From contig OZ024758.1 of assembly GCA_964016885.1 (NCBI GenBank), forward strand, positions 31,372,001 through 31,436,000: a DNA stretch of 64,000 nucleotides, given 5' to 3'. Below are positions 41,101 to 59,100 of the stretch, in pieces; position 1 is the first letter of the stretch, and each line of letters begins with the position of its first letter. Below the pieces are notes generated by a model, which was not told the origin of the DNA, ran no database searches, and was given only the letters and a program-made list of their open reading frames with translations. This DNA is from Eledone cirrhosa (Eukaryota). A program made the translations under genes and the position numbers.

Positions 41101-44100
41101 AATAGATGCAGTGGCTATACTATAGCACAACAACGATAAATAGATGCAGTGGCTATACTATAGCACAACAACTATAAATAGATGCAGGGGCTATACTATA
41201 GCACAACAACTATAAATAGATGCAGTGACTATACTATAGCACAACAACGATAAATAGATGCAGTGACTATACTATAGCACGACAACTATAAATAGATGCA
41301 GTGACTATACTATAGCACAACAACTATAAATAGATGCAGTGGCTATACTATAGCACAACAACTATAAATAGATGCAGTGGCTATACTATAGCACAACAAC
41401 TATAAATAGATGCAGTGGCTATACTATAGCACAACAACTATAAATAGATGCAGTGGCTATACTATAGCACAACAATGATAAATAGATGCAGTGGCTATAC
41501 TATAGCACAACAACTATAAATAGATGCAGGGGCTATACTATAGCACAACAATGATAAATAGATGCAGTGGCTATACTATAGCACAACAACTATAAATAGA
41601 TGCAGTGGCTATACTATAGCACAACAACTATAAATAGATGCAGTGACTATACTATAGCACAACAACTATAAATAGATGCAGTGACTATACTATAGCACAA
41701 CAACTATAAATAGCTGCAGGGGCTATACTATAGCACAACTACGATAAATAGATGCAGTGACTATACTATAGCACAACAACTATAAATAGATGCAGTGGCT
41801 ATACTATAGCACAACAACTATAAATAGATGCAGTGGCTATACTATAGCACAACAACTATAAATAGATGCAGTGGCTATACTATAGCACAACAACTATAAA
41901 TAGATGCAGTGGCTATACTATAGCACAACAACTATAAATAGATGCAGTGACTATACTATAGCACAACAACTATAAATAGATGCAGTGACTATACTATAGC
42001 ACAACAACTATAAATAGCTGCAGGGGCTATATTATAAAACAACAACTATAAATAGATGCAGGGGCTATACTATAGCACAACAACTATAAATAGATGCAGT
42101 GACTATACTATAGCACAACAACTATAAATAGCTGCAGGGACTATATTATAAAACAACAACTATAAATAGATGCAGTGGCTATACTATAGCACAACAATGA
42201 TAAATAGATGCAGTGGCTATACTATAGCACAACAACTATAAATAGATGCAGTGACTATACTATAGCACAACAACTATAAATAGATGCAGGGGCTATACTA
42301 TAGCACAACAACTATAAATAGATGCAGTGACTATACTATAGCACAACAACGATAAATAGATGCAGGGGCTATACTATAGCACAACAACTATAAATAGATG
42401 CAGTGACTATACTATAGCACAACAACGATAAATAGATGCAGTGACTATACTATAGCACAACTATAAATAGATGCAGTGACTATACTATAGCACAACAACT
42501 ATAAATAGATGCAGGGGCTATACTATAGCACAACAACTATAAATAGATGCAGTGGCTATACTATAGCACAACAACTATAAATAGATGCAGTGGCTATACT
42601 ATAGCACAACAATGATAAATAGATGCAGTGGCTATACTATAGCACAACAACTATAAATAGATGCAGGGGCTATACTATAGCACAACAATGATAAATAGAT
42701 GCAGTGGCTATACTATAGCACAACAACGATAAATAGATGCAGTGGCTATACTATAGCACAACAACTATAAATAGATGCAGGGGCTATACTATAGCACAAC
42801 AACTATAAATAGATGCAGTGACTATACTATAGCACAACAACGATAAATAGATGCAGTGACTATACTATAGCACAACAACTATAAATAGATGCAGTGACTA
42901 TACTATAGCACAACAACTATAAATAGATGCAGGGGCTATACTGCTATACTATAGCACAACAACTATAAATAGATGCAGTGGCTATACTATAGCACAACAA
43001 CTATAAATAGATGCAGTGGCTATACTATATCACAACAATGATAAATAGATGCAGTGGCTATACTATAGCACAACAACTATAAATAGATGCAGGGGCTATA
43101 CTATAGCACAACAACTATAAATAGATGCAGTGGCTATACTATAGCACAACAACTATAAATAGATGCAGTGGCTATACTATAGCACAACAATGATAAATAG
43201 ATGCAGTGGCTATACTATAGCACAACAACTATAAATAGATGCAGAGGCTATACTATAGCACGACAATGATAAATAGATGCAGTGGCTATGCTATAGCACA
43301 ACAACTATTAATAGATGCAGTGGCTATACTATAGCACAACAACTATAAATAGCTGCAGAGGCTATATTATAAAACAACAACTATAAATAGATGCAGTGGC
43401 TATACTATAGCACAACAACGATAAATAGATGCAGTGGCTATACTATAGCACAACAACTATAAATAGCTGCAGGGGCTATATTATAAAACAACAACTATAA
43501 ATAGATGCAGTGGCTATACTATAGCACAACTATAAATAGATGCAGTGACTATACTATAGCACAACAACTATAAATAGCTGCAGGGGCTATATTATAAAAC
43601 AACAACTATAAATAGATGCAGTGGCTATACTATAGCACAACAATGATAAATAGATGCAGTGGCTATACTATAGCACAACAACTATAAATAGATGCAGTGA
43701 CTATACTATAGCACAACAACTATAAATAGCTGCAGTGACTATACTATAGCACAACAACTATAAATAGATGCAGTGTCTATACTATAGAACCACAACGATA
43801 AATAGATGCAGGGGCTATACTATAGCACAACACCTATAAATAGATGCAGTGGCTATACTATAGCACAACGATAAATAGATGCAGTGGCGATACTATAGCA
43901 CAACAACTATAAATAGATGCAGTGGCTATACTATAGCAAAACAACTATAAATAGATGCAGGGGCTATACTATAGCACAACAACTATAAATAGATGCAGGG
44001 GCTATACTATAGCTCAACAACTATAAATAGATGCAGGGTCTATACTATGGCAGAACAACGATAAATAGATGCAGTGACTATACTATAGCACAACAACTAT

Positions 44101-47100
44101 AAATAGATGCAGTGACTATACTATAGCACAACAACTATAAATAGATGCAGTGGCTATACTATAGCACAACAACTATAAATGGATGCAGGGGCTATACTAT
44201 AGCACAACAACTATAAATAGATGCAGGGGCTATACTATAGCACAACAACTATAAATAGATGCAGGGGATATACGATAGCACAACAACTATAAATAGATGC
44301 AGGGGCTATACTATAGCACAACAACTATAAATAGATGCAGTGGCTATACTGTAGCACAACAACTATAAATAGATGCAGTGACTATACTATAGCACAACAA
44401 CTATAAGTACATGCAGTGGCTATACTATAGCACAACAACAATGAATAGATGCAGGGGCTATACTATAGTACAACAATTATAAATAGATGCAGGGGCTATA
44501 CTATAGCACAACAACTATAAATAGATGCAGGGGCTATACTATAGCACAACTAAAAATAGATGCAGTGACTATACTATAGCACAACAACTATAAATAGCTG
44601 CAGGGGCTATATTATAAAACAACAACTATAAATAGATGCAGTGGCAATACTATAGCACAACAATGATAAATAGATGCAGTGGCTATACTATAGCACAACA
44701 ACTATAAATAGATGCAGTGACTATACTATAGCACAACAACTATAAATAGATGCAGGGGCTATACTATAGCACAACAACTATAAATAGATGCAGTGACTAT
44801 ACTATAGCACAACAACGATAAATAGATGCAGGGGCTATACTATAGCACAACAACTATAAATAGATGCAGTGGCTATACTATAGCACAACAACTATAAATA
44901 GATGCAGTGGCTATACTATAGCACAACAACGATAAATAGATGCAGTGGCTATAATATAGCACAACAACTATAAATAGATGCAGGGGCTATACTATAGCAC
45001 AACAACTATAAATAGATGCAGTGACTATACTATAGCACAACAACGATAAATAGATGCAGTGACTATACTATAGCACGACAACTATAAATAGATGCAGTGA
45101 CTATACTATAGCACAACAAATATAAATAGATGCAGTGGCTATACTATAGCACAACAACTATAAATAGATGCAGTGGCTATACTATAGCACAACAACTATA
45201 AATAGATGCAGTGGCTATACTATAGCACAACAACTATAAATAGATGCAGTGGCTATACTATAGCACAACAATGATAAATAGATGCAGTGGCTATACTATA
45301 GCACAACAACTATAAATAGATGCAGGGGCTATACTATAGCACAACAATGATAAATAGATGCAGTGGCTATACTATAGCACAACAACTATAAATAGATGCA
45401 GTGGCTATACTATAGCACAACAACTATAAATAGATGCAGTGACTATACTATAGCACAACAACTATAAATAGATGCAGTGACTATACTATAGCACAACAAC
45501 TATAAATAGCTGCAGGGGCTATACTATAGCACAACTACGATAAATAGATGCAGTGACTATACTATAGCACAACAACTATAAATAGATGCAGTGGCTATAC
45601 TATAGCACAACAACTATAAATAGATGCAGTGGCCAAACTATAGCACAACAACTATAAATAGATGCAGTGGCTATACTATAGCACAACAACTATAAATAGA
45701 TGCAGTGGCTATACTATAGCACAACAACTATAAATAGATGCAGTGACTATACTATAGCACAACAACTATAAATAGATGCAGTGACTATACTATAGCACAA
45801 CAACTATAAATAGCTGCAGGGGCTATATTATAAAACAACAACTATAAATAGATGCAGGGGCTATACTATAGCACAACAACTATAAATAGATGCAGTGACT
45901 ATACTATAGCACAACAACTATAAATAGCTGCAGGGGCTATATTATAAAACAACAACTATAAATAGATGCAGTGGCTATACTATAGCACAACAATGATAAA
46001 TAGATGCAGTGGCTATACTATAGCACAACAACTATAAATAGATGCAGTGACTATACTATAGCACAACAACTATAAATAGATGCAGGGGCTATACTATAGC
46101 ACAACAACTATAAATAGATGCAGTGACTATACTATAGCACAACAACGATAAATAGATGCAGGGGCTATACTATAGCACAACAACTATAAATAGATGCAGT
46201 GACTATACTATAGCACAACAACGATAAATAGATGCAGTGACTATACTATAGCACAACTATAAATAGATGCAGTGACTATACTATAGCACAACAACTATAA
46301 ATAGATGCAGGGGCTATACTATAGCACAACAACTATAAATAGATGCAGTGGCTATACTATAGCACAACAACTATAAATAGATGCAGTGGCTATACTATAG
46401 CACAACAATGATAAATAGATGCAGTGGCTATACTATAGCACAACAACTATAAATAGATGCAGGGGCTATACTATAGCACAACAATGATAAATAGATGCAG
46501 TGGCTATACTATAGCACAACAACGATAAATAGATGCAGTGGCTATACTATAGCACAACAACTATAAATAGATGCAGGGGCTATACTATAGCACAACAACT
46601 ATAAATAGATGCAGTGACTATACTATAGCACAACAACGATAAATAGATGCAGTGACTATACTATAGCACAACAACTATAAATAGATGCAGTGACTATACT
46701 ATAGCACAACAACTATAAATAGATGCAGGGGCTATACTGCTATACTATAGCACAACAACTATAAATAGATGCAGTGGCTATACTATAGCACAACAACTAT
46801 AAATAGATGCAGTGGCTATACTATATCACAACAATGATAAATAGATGCAGTGGCTATACTATAGCACAACAACTATAAATAGATGCAGGGGCTATACTAT
46901 AGCACAACAACTATAAATAGATGCAGTGGCTATACTATAGCACAACAACTATAAATAGATGCAGTGGCTATACTATAGCACAACAATGATAAATAGATGC
47001 AGTGGCTATACTATAGCACAACAACTATAAATAGATGCAGGGGCTATACTATAGCACGACAATGATAAATAGATGCAGTGGCTATACTATAGCACAACAA

Positions 47101-50100
47101 CTATTAATAGATGCAGTGGCTATACTATAGCACAACAACTATAAATAGCTGCAGGGGCTATATTATAAAACAACAACTATAAATAGATGCAGTGGCTATA
47201 CTATAGCACAACTATAAATAGATGCAGTGACTATACTATAGCACAACAACTATAAATAGCTGCAGGGGCTATATTATAAAACAACAACTATAAATAGATG
47301 CAGTGGCTATACTATAGCACAGCAATGATAAATAGATGCAGTGGCTATACTATAGCACAACAACTATAAATAGATGCAGTGACTATACTATAGCACAACA
47401 ACTATAAATAGCTGCAGTGACTATACTATATCACAACAACTATAAATAGATGCAGTGTCTATACTATAGAACCACAACGATAAATAGATGCAGGGGCTAT
47501 ACTATAGCACAACACCTATAAATAGATGCAGTGGCTATACTATAGCACAACGATAAATAGATGCAGTGGCTATACTATAGCACAACAACTATAAATAGAT
47601 GCAGTGGCTATACTATAGCACAACAACTATGAATAGATGCAGGGGCTATACTATAGCACAACAACTATAAATAGATGCAATGACTATACTATAGCACAAC
47701 AACTATAAATAGATGCAGTGACTATACTATAGCACAACAACTATAAATAGATGCAGTGGCTATAATATAGCACAACAACAATAAATAGATGCAGGGGCTA
47801 TACTATAGCACAACAACTATAAATAGATGCAGGGCTATACTATAGCACAACAACTATAAATAGATGCAGGGGCTATACTATAGCACAACAATTATAAATA
47901 GATGCAGTAGCTATACTATAGCACAACAACTATAAATAGATGCAGTGACTATACTATAGCAGAACAACTATAAATAGATGCAGTGGCTATACTATAGCAA
48001 AACAACTATAAATAGATGCAGGGGCTATACTATAGCACAACAACTATAAATAGATGCAGGGGCTATACTATAGCTCAACAACTATAAATAGATGCAGGGT
48101 CTATACTATAGCAGAACAACGATAAATAGATGCAGTGACTATACTATAGCACAACAACTATAAATAGATGCAGTGACTATACTATAGCACAACAACTATA
48201 AATAGATGCAGTGGCTATACTATAGCACAACAACTATAAATGGATGCAGGGGCTATACTATAGCACAACAACTATAAATAGATGCAGGGGCTATACTATA
48301 GCACAACAACTATAAATAGATGCAGGGGATATACGATAGCACAACAACTATAAATAGATGCAGGGGCTATACTATAGCACAACAACTATAAATAGATGCA
48401 GTGGCTATACTGTAGCACAACAACTATAAATAGATGCAGTGACTATACTATAGCACAACAACTATAAGTACATGCAGTGGCTATACTATAGCACAACAAC
48501 AATGAATAGATGCAGGGGCTATACTATAGTACAACAATTATAAATAGATGCAGGGGCTATACTATAGCACAACAACTATAAATAGATGCAGGGGCTATAC
48601 TATAGCACAACAACTATAAATAGATGCAGTGACTCTACTATAGCACAACAACTATAAATAGATGCAGGGGCTGTACTATAGCACCACAATGATAAATAGA
48701 TACAGGGGCTATACGACAGCACAACAACTATAAATAGATGCAGTGGCTATACTATAGCACAACAACTATAAATAGATGCAGGGGCTATACTATAGCACAA
48801 CAACAATAAATAGCTGCAGGGGCTATACTATAGCACAACAACTATAAATGGATGCAGTGACTATACTATAGCACAAACAACTATAAATAGATGCCGGGGC
48901 TATACTATAGCACAACAACGATAAATAGATGCAGGGGCTATACTATAGCACAACAACTATGAATAGATGCAGGGGCTATACTATAGCACAACAACGATAA
49001 AAAGATGCAATGACTTTACTGTAGCACAACAACGATAAAAAGATGCAGTGACTATACTATAGCACAACAACGATAAATAGATTCAGTGACTATACTATAG
49101 CACAACAACGATAAATTGATGCAGGGGCTATACTATAGCACAACAACTATAAATAGATGCAGGGGCTATACTATAGCACCAAAATGATAAATAGATGCAG
49201 GGGCTATACGACAGCACAACAACTATAAATAGATGCAGGGGCTATACTATAGCACAACAACTATAAATAGATGCAGGGGCTATACTATAGCACAACAACT
49301 ATAAATAGATGCAGGGGCTATACTATAGCACAACAACTATAAATAGATGCAGGTGCTATACTATAGCACAACAACTATAAAAAGATGCAGGGGCTTATAC
49401 TATAGAACAACAACTATAAATAGATGCAGTGACTATACTATAGCACAACAACGATAAATAGATGCAGTGACTATACTATAGCACAACAACTATAAATAGA
49501 TGCAGGGCCTATACTATAGCACAACATCTATAAATAGATGCAGTGACTATACTATAGCACAACAACTATAAATAGATGCAGTGACTATACTATAGCACAA
49601 CAACTATAAATAGATGCAGGGGCTATACTATAGCACAACAACTATAAATAGATGCAGTGGCTATACTATAGCACAACAACTATAAATAGATGCAGTGACT
49701 ATACTATAGCACAAAAACTATAATTAGATGCAGTGACTATACTATAGCACAACAACTATAAATAGATGCAGTGATTATACTATAGCACAGCAACGATCAA
49801 TAGATGCAGGGGCTATACTATAGCACAACAACGATAAATAGATGCAGGGCCTATACTATAGTCCAACAACTATAAATAGATGCAGTGGCTATACTATAGC
49901 ACAGCAAATATAAATAGATGCAGGGGCTATACTATAGCACAACAACGATAAATAGATGCAGGGGCTATACTATAGCAGAACATCGATAAATAGATGCAAT
50001 GACTATACTATACCTCAACAACTATAAATAGATGCAGGGGCTATACTATAGCTCAACAACTATAAATAGATGCAGGGGCTATACTATAGCAGAACAACGA

Positions 50101-53100
50101 TAAATAGATGCAGTGACTATACTATAGCACAACAACTATAAATAGATGCAGTGACTATACTATAGCACAACAGCTATAAATAGATGCAGTGGCTATACTA
50201 TAGCACAACAACTACAAATAGATGCAGGGGCTATACTATAGCACAACAACTATAAATAGATGCAGGGGCTATACTATAGCACAACAACTATAAATAGATG
50301 CAGGGGATATACGATAGCACAACAACTATAAATAGATGCAGGGGCTATACTATAGCACAACAACTATAAATAGATGCAGTGGCTATACTGTAGCACAACA
50401 ACTATAAATAGATGCAGTGACTATACTATAGCACAACAACTATAAATAGATGCAGTGACTATACTATAGCACAACAACTATAAATAGATGCAGTGACTAT
50501 ACTATAGCACAACAACTATAAGTACATGCAGTGGCTATACTATAGCACAACCACAATGAATAGATGCAGGGGCTATACTATAGCACAACAATTATAAATA
50601 GATGCAGGGGCTATACTATAGCACAACAACTATAAATAGATGCAGGGGCTATACTATAGCACAACAACTATAAATAGATGCAGTGACTATACTATAGCAC
50701 AACAAATATAAATAGATGCAGGTGCTATACTATAGCACCACAATGATAAATAGATGCAGGGGCTATACGACAGAACAACAACTATAAATAGATGCAGTGG
50801 CTATACTATAGCACAAAAACTATAAATAGATGCAGGGGCTATACTATAGCACAACAACTATAAATAGATGCAGGGGCTATACTATAGCACAACAACTATA
50901 AATAGATGCAGTGGCTATACTATAGCACAACAACGATAAATTGAAGCAGGGGCTATACTATAGCACAACAACTATAAATAGATGCAGCGGCTATACTATA
51001 GCACCACAATGATAAATAGATGCAGGGGCTATACGACAGCACAACAACTATAAATAGATGCAGGGGCTATACTATAGCACAACAACTATAAATAGATGCA
51101 GGGGCTATACTATAGCACAACAACTATAAATAGATGCAGGGGCTATACTATAGCACAACAACTATAAATAGATGCAGGGGCTATACTATAGCACAACAAC
51201 TATAAAAAGATGCAGGGGCTTATACTATAGAACAACAACTATAAATAGATGCAGGGGCTATACTATAGCACAAAAACTATAAATAGATGCAGTGGCTATA
51301 CTATAGCACAACAACTATAATTAGATGCAGGAGCTATACTATAGCACAACAACTATAAATAGATGCAGGGGCTATACTATAGCACAACAACTATAAATAG
51401 CTGCAGGGGCTATACTATAGCACAACAACTATAAATAGATGCAGGAGCTATACTATAGCACAACAACTATAAATAGATGCAGTGGCTATACTATAGCACA
51501 ACAACTATAATTAGATGCAGTGACTATACTATAGCACAACAACTATAAATAGATGCAGTGACTATACTATAGCACAACAACTATAAATAGATGCAGTGGC
51601 TATACTATAGCACAACAACTATAGATAGATGCAGGGGCTATACTATAGCACAACAACGATAAATAGATGCAGGGGCTATACTGTAGCACAACACCGATAA
51701 ATAGCTGCCATGACTATACTATAGCACAACAACTATAAATAGATGCACTGACTATACTATAGCACAAACAACTATAAATAGATGCAGGAGCTATACTATA
51801 GCACAACAAGGATAATTAGATGCAGGGGCTATACTATAGCACAACAACTATATATAGATGCAGGGGCTATACTATAGCACAACAACGATAAAAAGATGCA
51901 ATGACTATACTATAGCACAAACAACTATAAATAGATGCAGGGGCTATACTATAGCACAACAACTATAAATAGATGCAGTGGCTATACTATAGCACAACAA
52001 CTATAAATAGATGCAGGGGCTATACTATAGCACAACAACTATAAATAGATGCAGGGGCTATACTATAGCACAACAACTATAAATAGATGCAGGGGCTATA
52101 CTATAGCAGAACAACGATAAATAGATGCAGTGACTATACTATAGCACAACAACTATAAATAGATGCAGTGACTATACTATAGCACATCAACTATAAATAG
52201 ATGCAGTGGCTATACTATAGCACAACAACTATAAATAGATGCAGGGGCTATACTATAGCACAACAACGATAAATAGATGCAGGGGCTATACTGTAGCACA
52301 ACAACGATAAATAGATGCAGTGACTATACTATAGCACAACAACGATAAATAGATGCAGGGGCTATACTATAGCACAAACAACTATAAATAGATGCAGGGG
52401 CTATACTATAGCACAACAACGATAAATAGATGCAGGGGCTATACTATAGCACAACAACTATAAATAGATGCAGGGGCTATACTATAGCACAACAACGATA
52501 AAAAGATGCAATGACTATACTATAGCACAAACAACTATAAATAGATGCAGGGGCTATACGACAGCACAACAACTATAAATAGATGCAGTGGCTATACTAT
52601 AGCGCAACAACTATAAATAGATGCAGGGGCTATACTATAGCACAACAACTATAAATAGATGCAGGGTCTATACTATAGCACAACAACGATAAATAGATGC
52701 AGGGGCTATACTGTAGCACAACAACGATAAATAGATGCAGTGACTATACTATAGCACAACAACTATAAATAGCTGCAGTGACTATACTATAGCACAACAA
52801 CTATAAATAGATGCAGGGGCTATACTATAGCACAACAACTATAAATAGATGCAGGGGCTATACTATAGCACAACAACGATAAATAGATGCAGGGGCTATA
52901 CTATAGCACAACAACTATAAATAGATGCAGGGGCTATACTATAGCACAACAACGATAAAAAGATACAATGACTATACTATAGCACAACAACTATAAATAG
53001 ATGCAGTGACTATACTATAGCACAACAACGATAAATAGATGCAGTGGCTATACTATAGCACAACAACTATAAATAGCTGCAGGGGCTATATTATAAAACA

Positions 53101-56100
53101 ACAACTATAAATAGATGCAGTGGCTATACTATAGCACAACGATAAATAGATGCAGTGGCTATACTATAGCACAACAACTATAAATAGCTGCAGGGGCTAT
53201 ATTATAAAACAACAACTATAAATAGATGCAGTGGCTATACTATAGCACAACTATAAATAGATGCAGTGACTATACTATAGCACAACAACTATAAATAGCT
53301 GCAGGGGCTATATTATAAAACAACAACTATAAATAGATGCAGTGGCTATACTATAGCACAACAATGATAAATAGATGCAGTGGCTATACTATAGCACAAC
53401 AACTATAAATAGATGCAGTGACTATACTATAGCACAACAACTATAAATAGCTGCAGTGACTATACTATAGCACAACAACTATAAATAGATGCAGTGGCTA
53501 TACTATAGAACAACAACGATAAATAGATGCAGGGGCTATACTATAGCACAACAACTATAAATAGATGCAGTGGCTATACTATAGCACAACGATAAATAGA
53601 TGCAGTGGCTATACTATAGCACAACAATAATAAATAGATGCAGTGGCTATACTATAGCACAACAACTATAAATAGATGCAGTGACTATACTATAGCACAA
53701 CAACTATAAATAGATGCAGTGACTATACTATAGCACAACAACTATAAATAGATGCAGTGGCTATAATATAGCACAACAACAATAAATAGATGCAGGGGCT
53801 ATACTATAGCACAACAACTATAAATAGATGCAGGGCTATACTATAGCACAACAACTATAAATAGATGCAGGGGCTATACTATAGCACAACAATTATAAAT
53901 AGATGCAGTAGCTATACTATAGCACAACAACTATAAATAGATGCAGTGACTATACTATAGCACAACAACTATAAATAGATGCAGTGGCTATACTATAGCA
54001 CAACAACTATAAATAGATGCAGGGGCTATACTATAGCACAACAACTATAAATAGATGCAGGGGCTATACTATAGCTCAACAACTATAAATAGATGCAGGG
54101 GCTATACTATAGCAGAACAACGATAAATAGATGCAGTGACTATACTATAGCACAACAACTATAAATAGATGCAGTGACTATACTATAGCACAACAACTAT
54201 AAATAGATGCAGTGGCTATACTATAGCACAACAACTATAAATAGATGCAGGGGCTATACTATAGCACAACAACTATAAATAGATGCAGGGGCTATACTAT
54301 AGCACAACAACTATAAATAGATGCAGGGGATATACGATAGCACAACAACTATAAATAGATGCAGGGGCTATACTATAGCACAACAACTATAAATAGATGC
54401 AGTGGCTATACTATAGCACAACAACAATGAATAGATGCAGGGGCTATACTATAGCACAACAATTATAAATAGATGCAGGGGCTATACTATAGCACAACAT
54501 CTATAAATAGATGCAGGGGCTATACTATAGCACAACAACTATAAATAGATGCAGTGACTCTACTATAGCACAACAACTATAAATAGATGCAGGGGCTATA
54601 CTATAGCACCACAATGATAAATAGATACAGGGGCTATACGACAGCACAAAAACTATAAATAGATGCAGTGGCTATACTATAGCACAACAACTATAAATAG
54701 ATGCAGGGGCTATACTATAGTACAACAATTATAAATAGATGCAGGGGCTATACTATAGCACAACAACTATAAATAGATGCAGGGGCTATACTATAGCACA
54801 ACAACTATAAATAGATGCAGTGACTCTACTATAGCACAACAACTATAAATAGATGCAGGGGCTGTACTATAGCACCACAATGATAAATAGATACAGGGGC
54901 TATACGACAGCACAACAACTATAAATAGATGCAGTGGCTATACTATAGCACAACAACTATAAATAGATGCAGGGGCTATACTATAGCACAACAACAATAA
55001 ATAGCTGCAGGGGCTATACTATAGCACAACAACTATAAATGGATGCAGTGACTATACTATAGCACAAACAACTATAAATAGATGCCGGGGCTATACTATA
55101 GCACAACAACGATAAATAGATGCAGGGGCTATACTATAGCACAACAACTATGAATAGATGCAGGGGCTATACTATAGCACAACAACGATAAAAAGATGCA
55201 ATGACTTTACTATAGCACAACAACGATAAAAAGATGCAGTGACTATACTATAGCACAACAACGATAAATAGATTCAGTGACTATACTATAGCACAACAAC
55301 GATAAATTGATGCAGGGGCTATACTATAGCACAACAACTATAAATAGATGCAGGGGCTATACTATAGCACCAAAATGATAAATAGATGCAGGGGCTATAC
55401 GACAGCACAACAACTATAAATAGATGCAGGGGCTATACTATAGCACAACAACTATAAATAGATGCAGGGGCTATACTATAGCACAACAACTATAAATAGA
55501 TGCAGGGGCTATACTATAGCACAACAACTATAAATAGATGCAGGTGCTATACTATAGCACAACAACTATAAAAAGATGCAGGGGCTTATACTATAGAACA
55601 ACAACTATAAATAGATGCAGTGACTATACTATAGCACAACAACGATAAATAGATGCAGTGACTATACTATAGCACAACAACTATAAATAGATGCAGGGCC
55701 TATACTATAGCACAACATCTATAAATAGATGCAGTGACTATACTATAGCACAACAACTATAAATAGATGCAGTGACTATACTATAGCACAACAACTATAA
55801 ATAGATGCAGGGGCTATACTATAGCACAACAACTATAAATAGATGCAGTGGCTATACTATAGCACAACAACTATAAATAGATGCAGTGACTATACTATAG
55901 CACAAAAACTATAATTAGATGCAGTGACTATACTATAGCACAACAACTATAAATAGATGCAGTGATTATACTATAGCACAGCAACGATCAATAGATGCAG
56001 GGGCTATACTATAGCACAACAACGATAAATAGATGCAGGGCCTATACTATAGTCCAACAACTATAAATAGATGCAGTGGCTATACTATAGCACAGCAAAT

Positions 56101-59100
56101 ATAAATAGATGCAGGGGCTATACTATAGCACAACAACGATAAATAGATGCAGGGGCTATACTATAGCACAACATCGATAAATAGATGCAATAACTATACT
56201 ATACCTCAACAACTATAAATAGATGCAGGGGCTATACTATAGCTCAACAACTATAAATAGATGCAGGGGCTATACTATAGCAGAACAACGATAAATAGAT
56301 GCAGTGACTATACTATAGCACAACAACTATAAATAGATGCAGTGACTATACTATAGCACAACAGCTATAAATAGATGCAGTGGCTATACTATAGCACAAC
56401 AACTACAAATAGATGCAGGGGCTATACTATAGCACAACAACTATAAATAGATGCAGGGGCTATACTATAGCACAACAATTATAAATAGATGCAGGGGATA
56501 TACGATAGCACAACAACTATAAATAGATGCAGGGGCTATACTATAGCACAACAACTATAAATAGATGCAGTGGCTATACTGTAGCACAACAACTATAAAT
56601 AGATGCAGTGACTATACTATAGCACAACAACTATAAATAGATGCAGTGACTATACTATAGCACAACAACTATAAATAGATGCAGTGACTATACTATAGCA
56701 CAACAACTATAAGTACATGCAGTGGCTATACTATAGCACAACCACAATGAATAGATGCAGGGGCTATACTATAGCACAACAATTATAAATAGATGCAGGG
56801 GCTATACTATAGCACAACAACTATAAATAGATGCAGGGGCTATACTATAGCACAACAACTATAAATAGATGCAGTGACTATACTATAGCACAACAAATAT
56901 AAATAGATGCAGGTGCTATACTATAGCACCACAATGATAAATAGATGCAGGGGCTATACGACAGAACAACAACTATAAATAGATGCAGTGGCTATACTAT
57001 AGCACAAAAACTATAAATAGATGCAGGGGCTATACTATAGCACAACAACTATAAATAGATGCAGGGGCTATACTATAGCACAACAACTATAAATAGATGC
57101 AGTGGCTATACTATAGGCACAACAACGATAAATTGAAGCAGGGGCTATACTATAGCACAACAACTATAAATAGATGCAGCGGCTATACTATAGCACCACA
57201 ATGATAAATAGATGCAGGGGCTATACGACAGCACAACAACTATAAATAGATGCAGGGGCTATACTATAGCACAACAACTATAAATAGATGCAGGGGCTAT
57301 ACTATAGCACAACAACTATAAATAGATGCAGGGGCTATACTATAGCACAACAACTATAAATAGATGCAGGGGCTATACTATAGCACAACAACTATAAAAA
57401 GATGCAGGGGCTTATACTATAGAACAACAACTATAAATAGATGCAGGGGCTATACTATAGCACAAAAACTATAAATAGATGCAGTGGCTATACTATAGCA
57501 CAACAACTATAATTAGATGCAGGAGCTATACTATAGCACAACAACTATAAATAGATGCAGGGGCTATACTATAGCACAACAACTATAAATAGCTGCAGGG
57601 GCTATACTATAGCACAACAACTATAAATAGATGCAGGAGCTATACTATAGCACAACAACTATAAATAGATGCAGTGGCTATACTATAGCACAACAACTAT
57701 AATTAGATGCAGTGACTATACTATAGCACAACAACTATAAATAGATGCAGTGACTATACTATAGCACAACAACTATAAATAGATGCAGTGGCTATACTAT
57801 AGCACAACAACTATAGATAGATGCAGGGGCTATACTATAGCACAACAACGATAAATAGATGCAGGGGCTATACTGTAGCACAACACCGATAAATAGCTGC
57901 CATGACTATACTATAGCACAACAACTATAAATAGATGCACTGACTATACTATAGCACAAACAACTATAAATAGATGCAGGAGCTATACTATAGCACAACA
58001 AGGATAATTAGATGCAGGGGCTATACTATAGCACAACAACTATATATAGATGCAGGGGCTATACTATAGCACAACAACGATAAAAAGATGCAATGACTAT
58101 ACTATAGCACAAACAACTATAAATAGATGCAGGGGCTATACTATAGCACAACAACTATAAATAGATGCAGTGGCTATACTATAGCACAACAACTATAAAT
58201 AGATGCAGGGGCTATACTATAGCACAACAACTATAAATAGATGCAGGGGCTATACTATAGCACAACAACTATAAATAGATGCAGGGGCTATACTATAGCA
58301 GAACAACGATAAATAGATGCAGTGACTATACTATAGCACAACAACTATAAATAGATGCAGTGACTATACTATAGCACATCAACTATAAATAGATGCAGTG
58401 GCTATACTATAGCACAACAACTATAAATAGATGCAGGGGCTATACTATAGCACAACAACGATAAATAGATGCAGGGGCTATACTGTAGCACAACAACGAT
58501 AAATAGATGCAGTGACTATACTATAGCACAACAACGATAAATAGATGCAGGGGCTATACTATAGCACAAACAACTATAAATAGATGCAGGGGCTATACTA
58601 TAGCACAACAACGATAAATAGATGCAGGGGCTATACTATAGCACAACAACTATAAATAGATGCAGGGGCTATACTATAGCACAACAACGATAAAAAGATG
58701 CAATGACTATACTATAGCACAAACAACTATAAATAGATGCAGGGGCTATACGACAGCACAACAACTATAAATAGATGCAGTGGCTATACTATAGCGCAAC
58801 AACTATAAATAGATGCAGGGGCTATACTATAGCACAACAACTATAAATAGATGCAGGGTCTATACTATAGCACAACAACGATAAATAGATGCAGGGGCTA
58901 TACTGTAGCACAACAACGATAAATAGATGCAGTGACTATACTATAGCACAACAACTATAAATAGCTGCAGTGACTATACTATAGCACAACAACTATAAAT
59001 AGATGCAGGGGCTATACTATAGCACAACAACTATAAATAGATGCAGGGGCTATACTATAGCACAACAACGATAAATAGATGCAGGGGCTATACTATAGCA

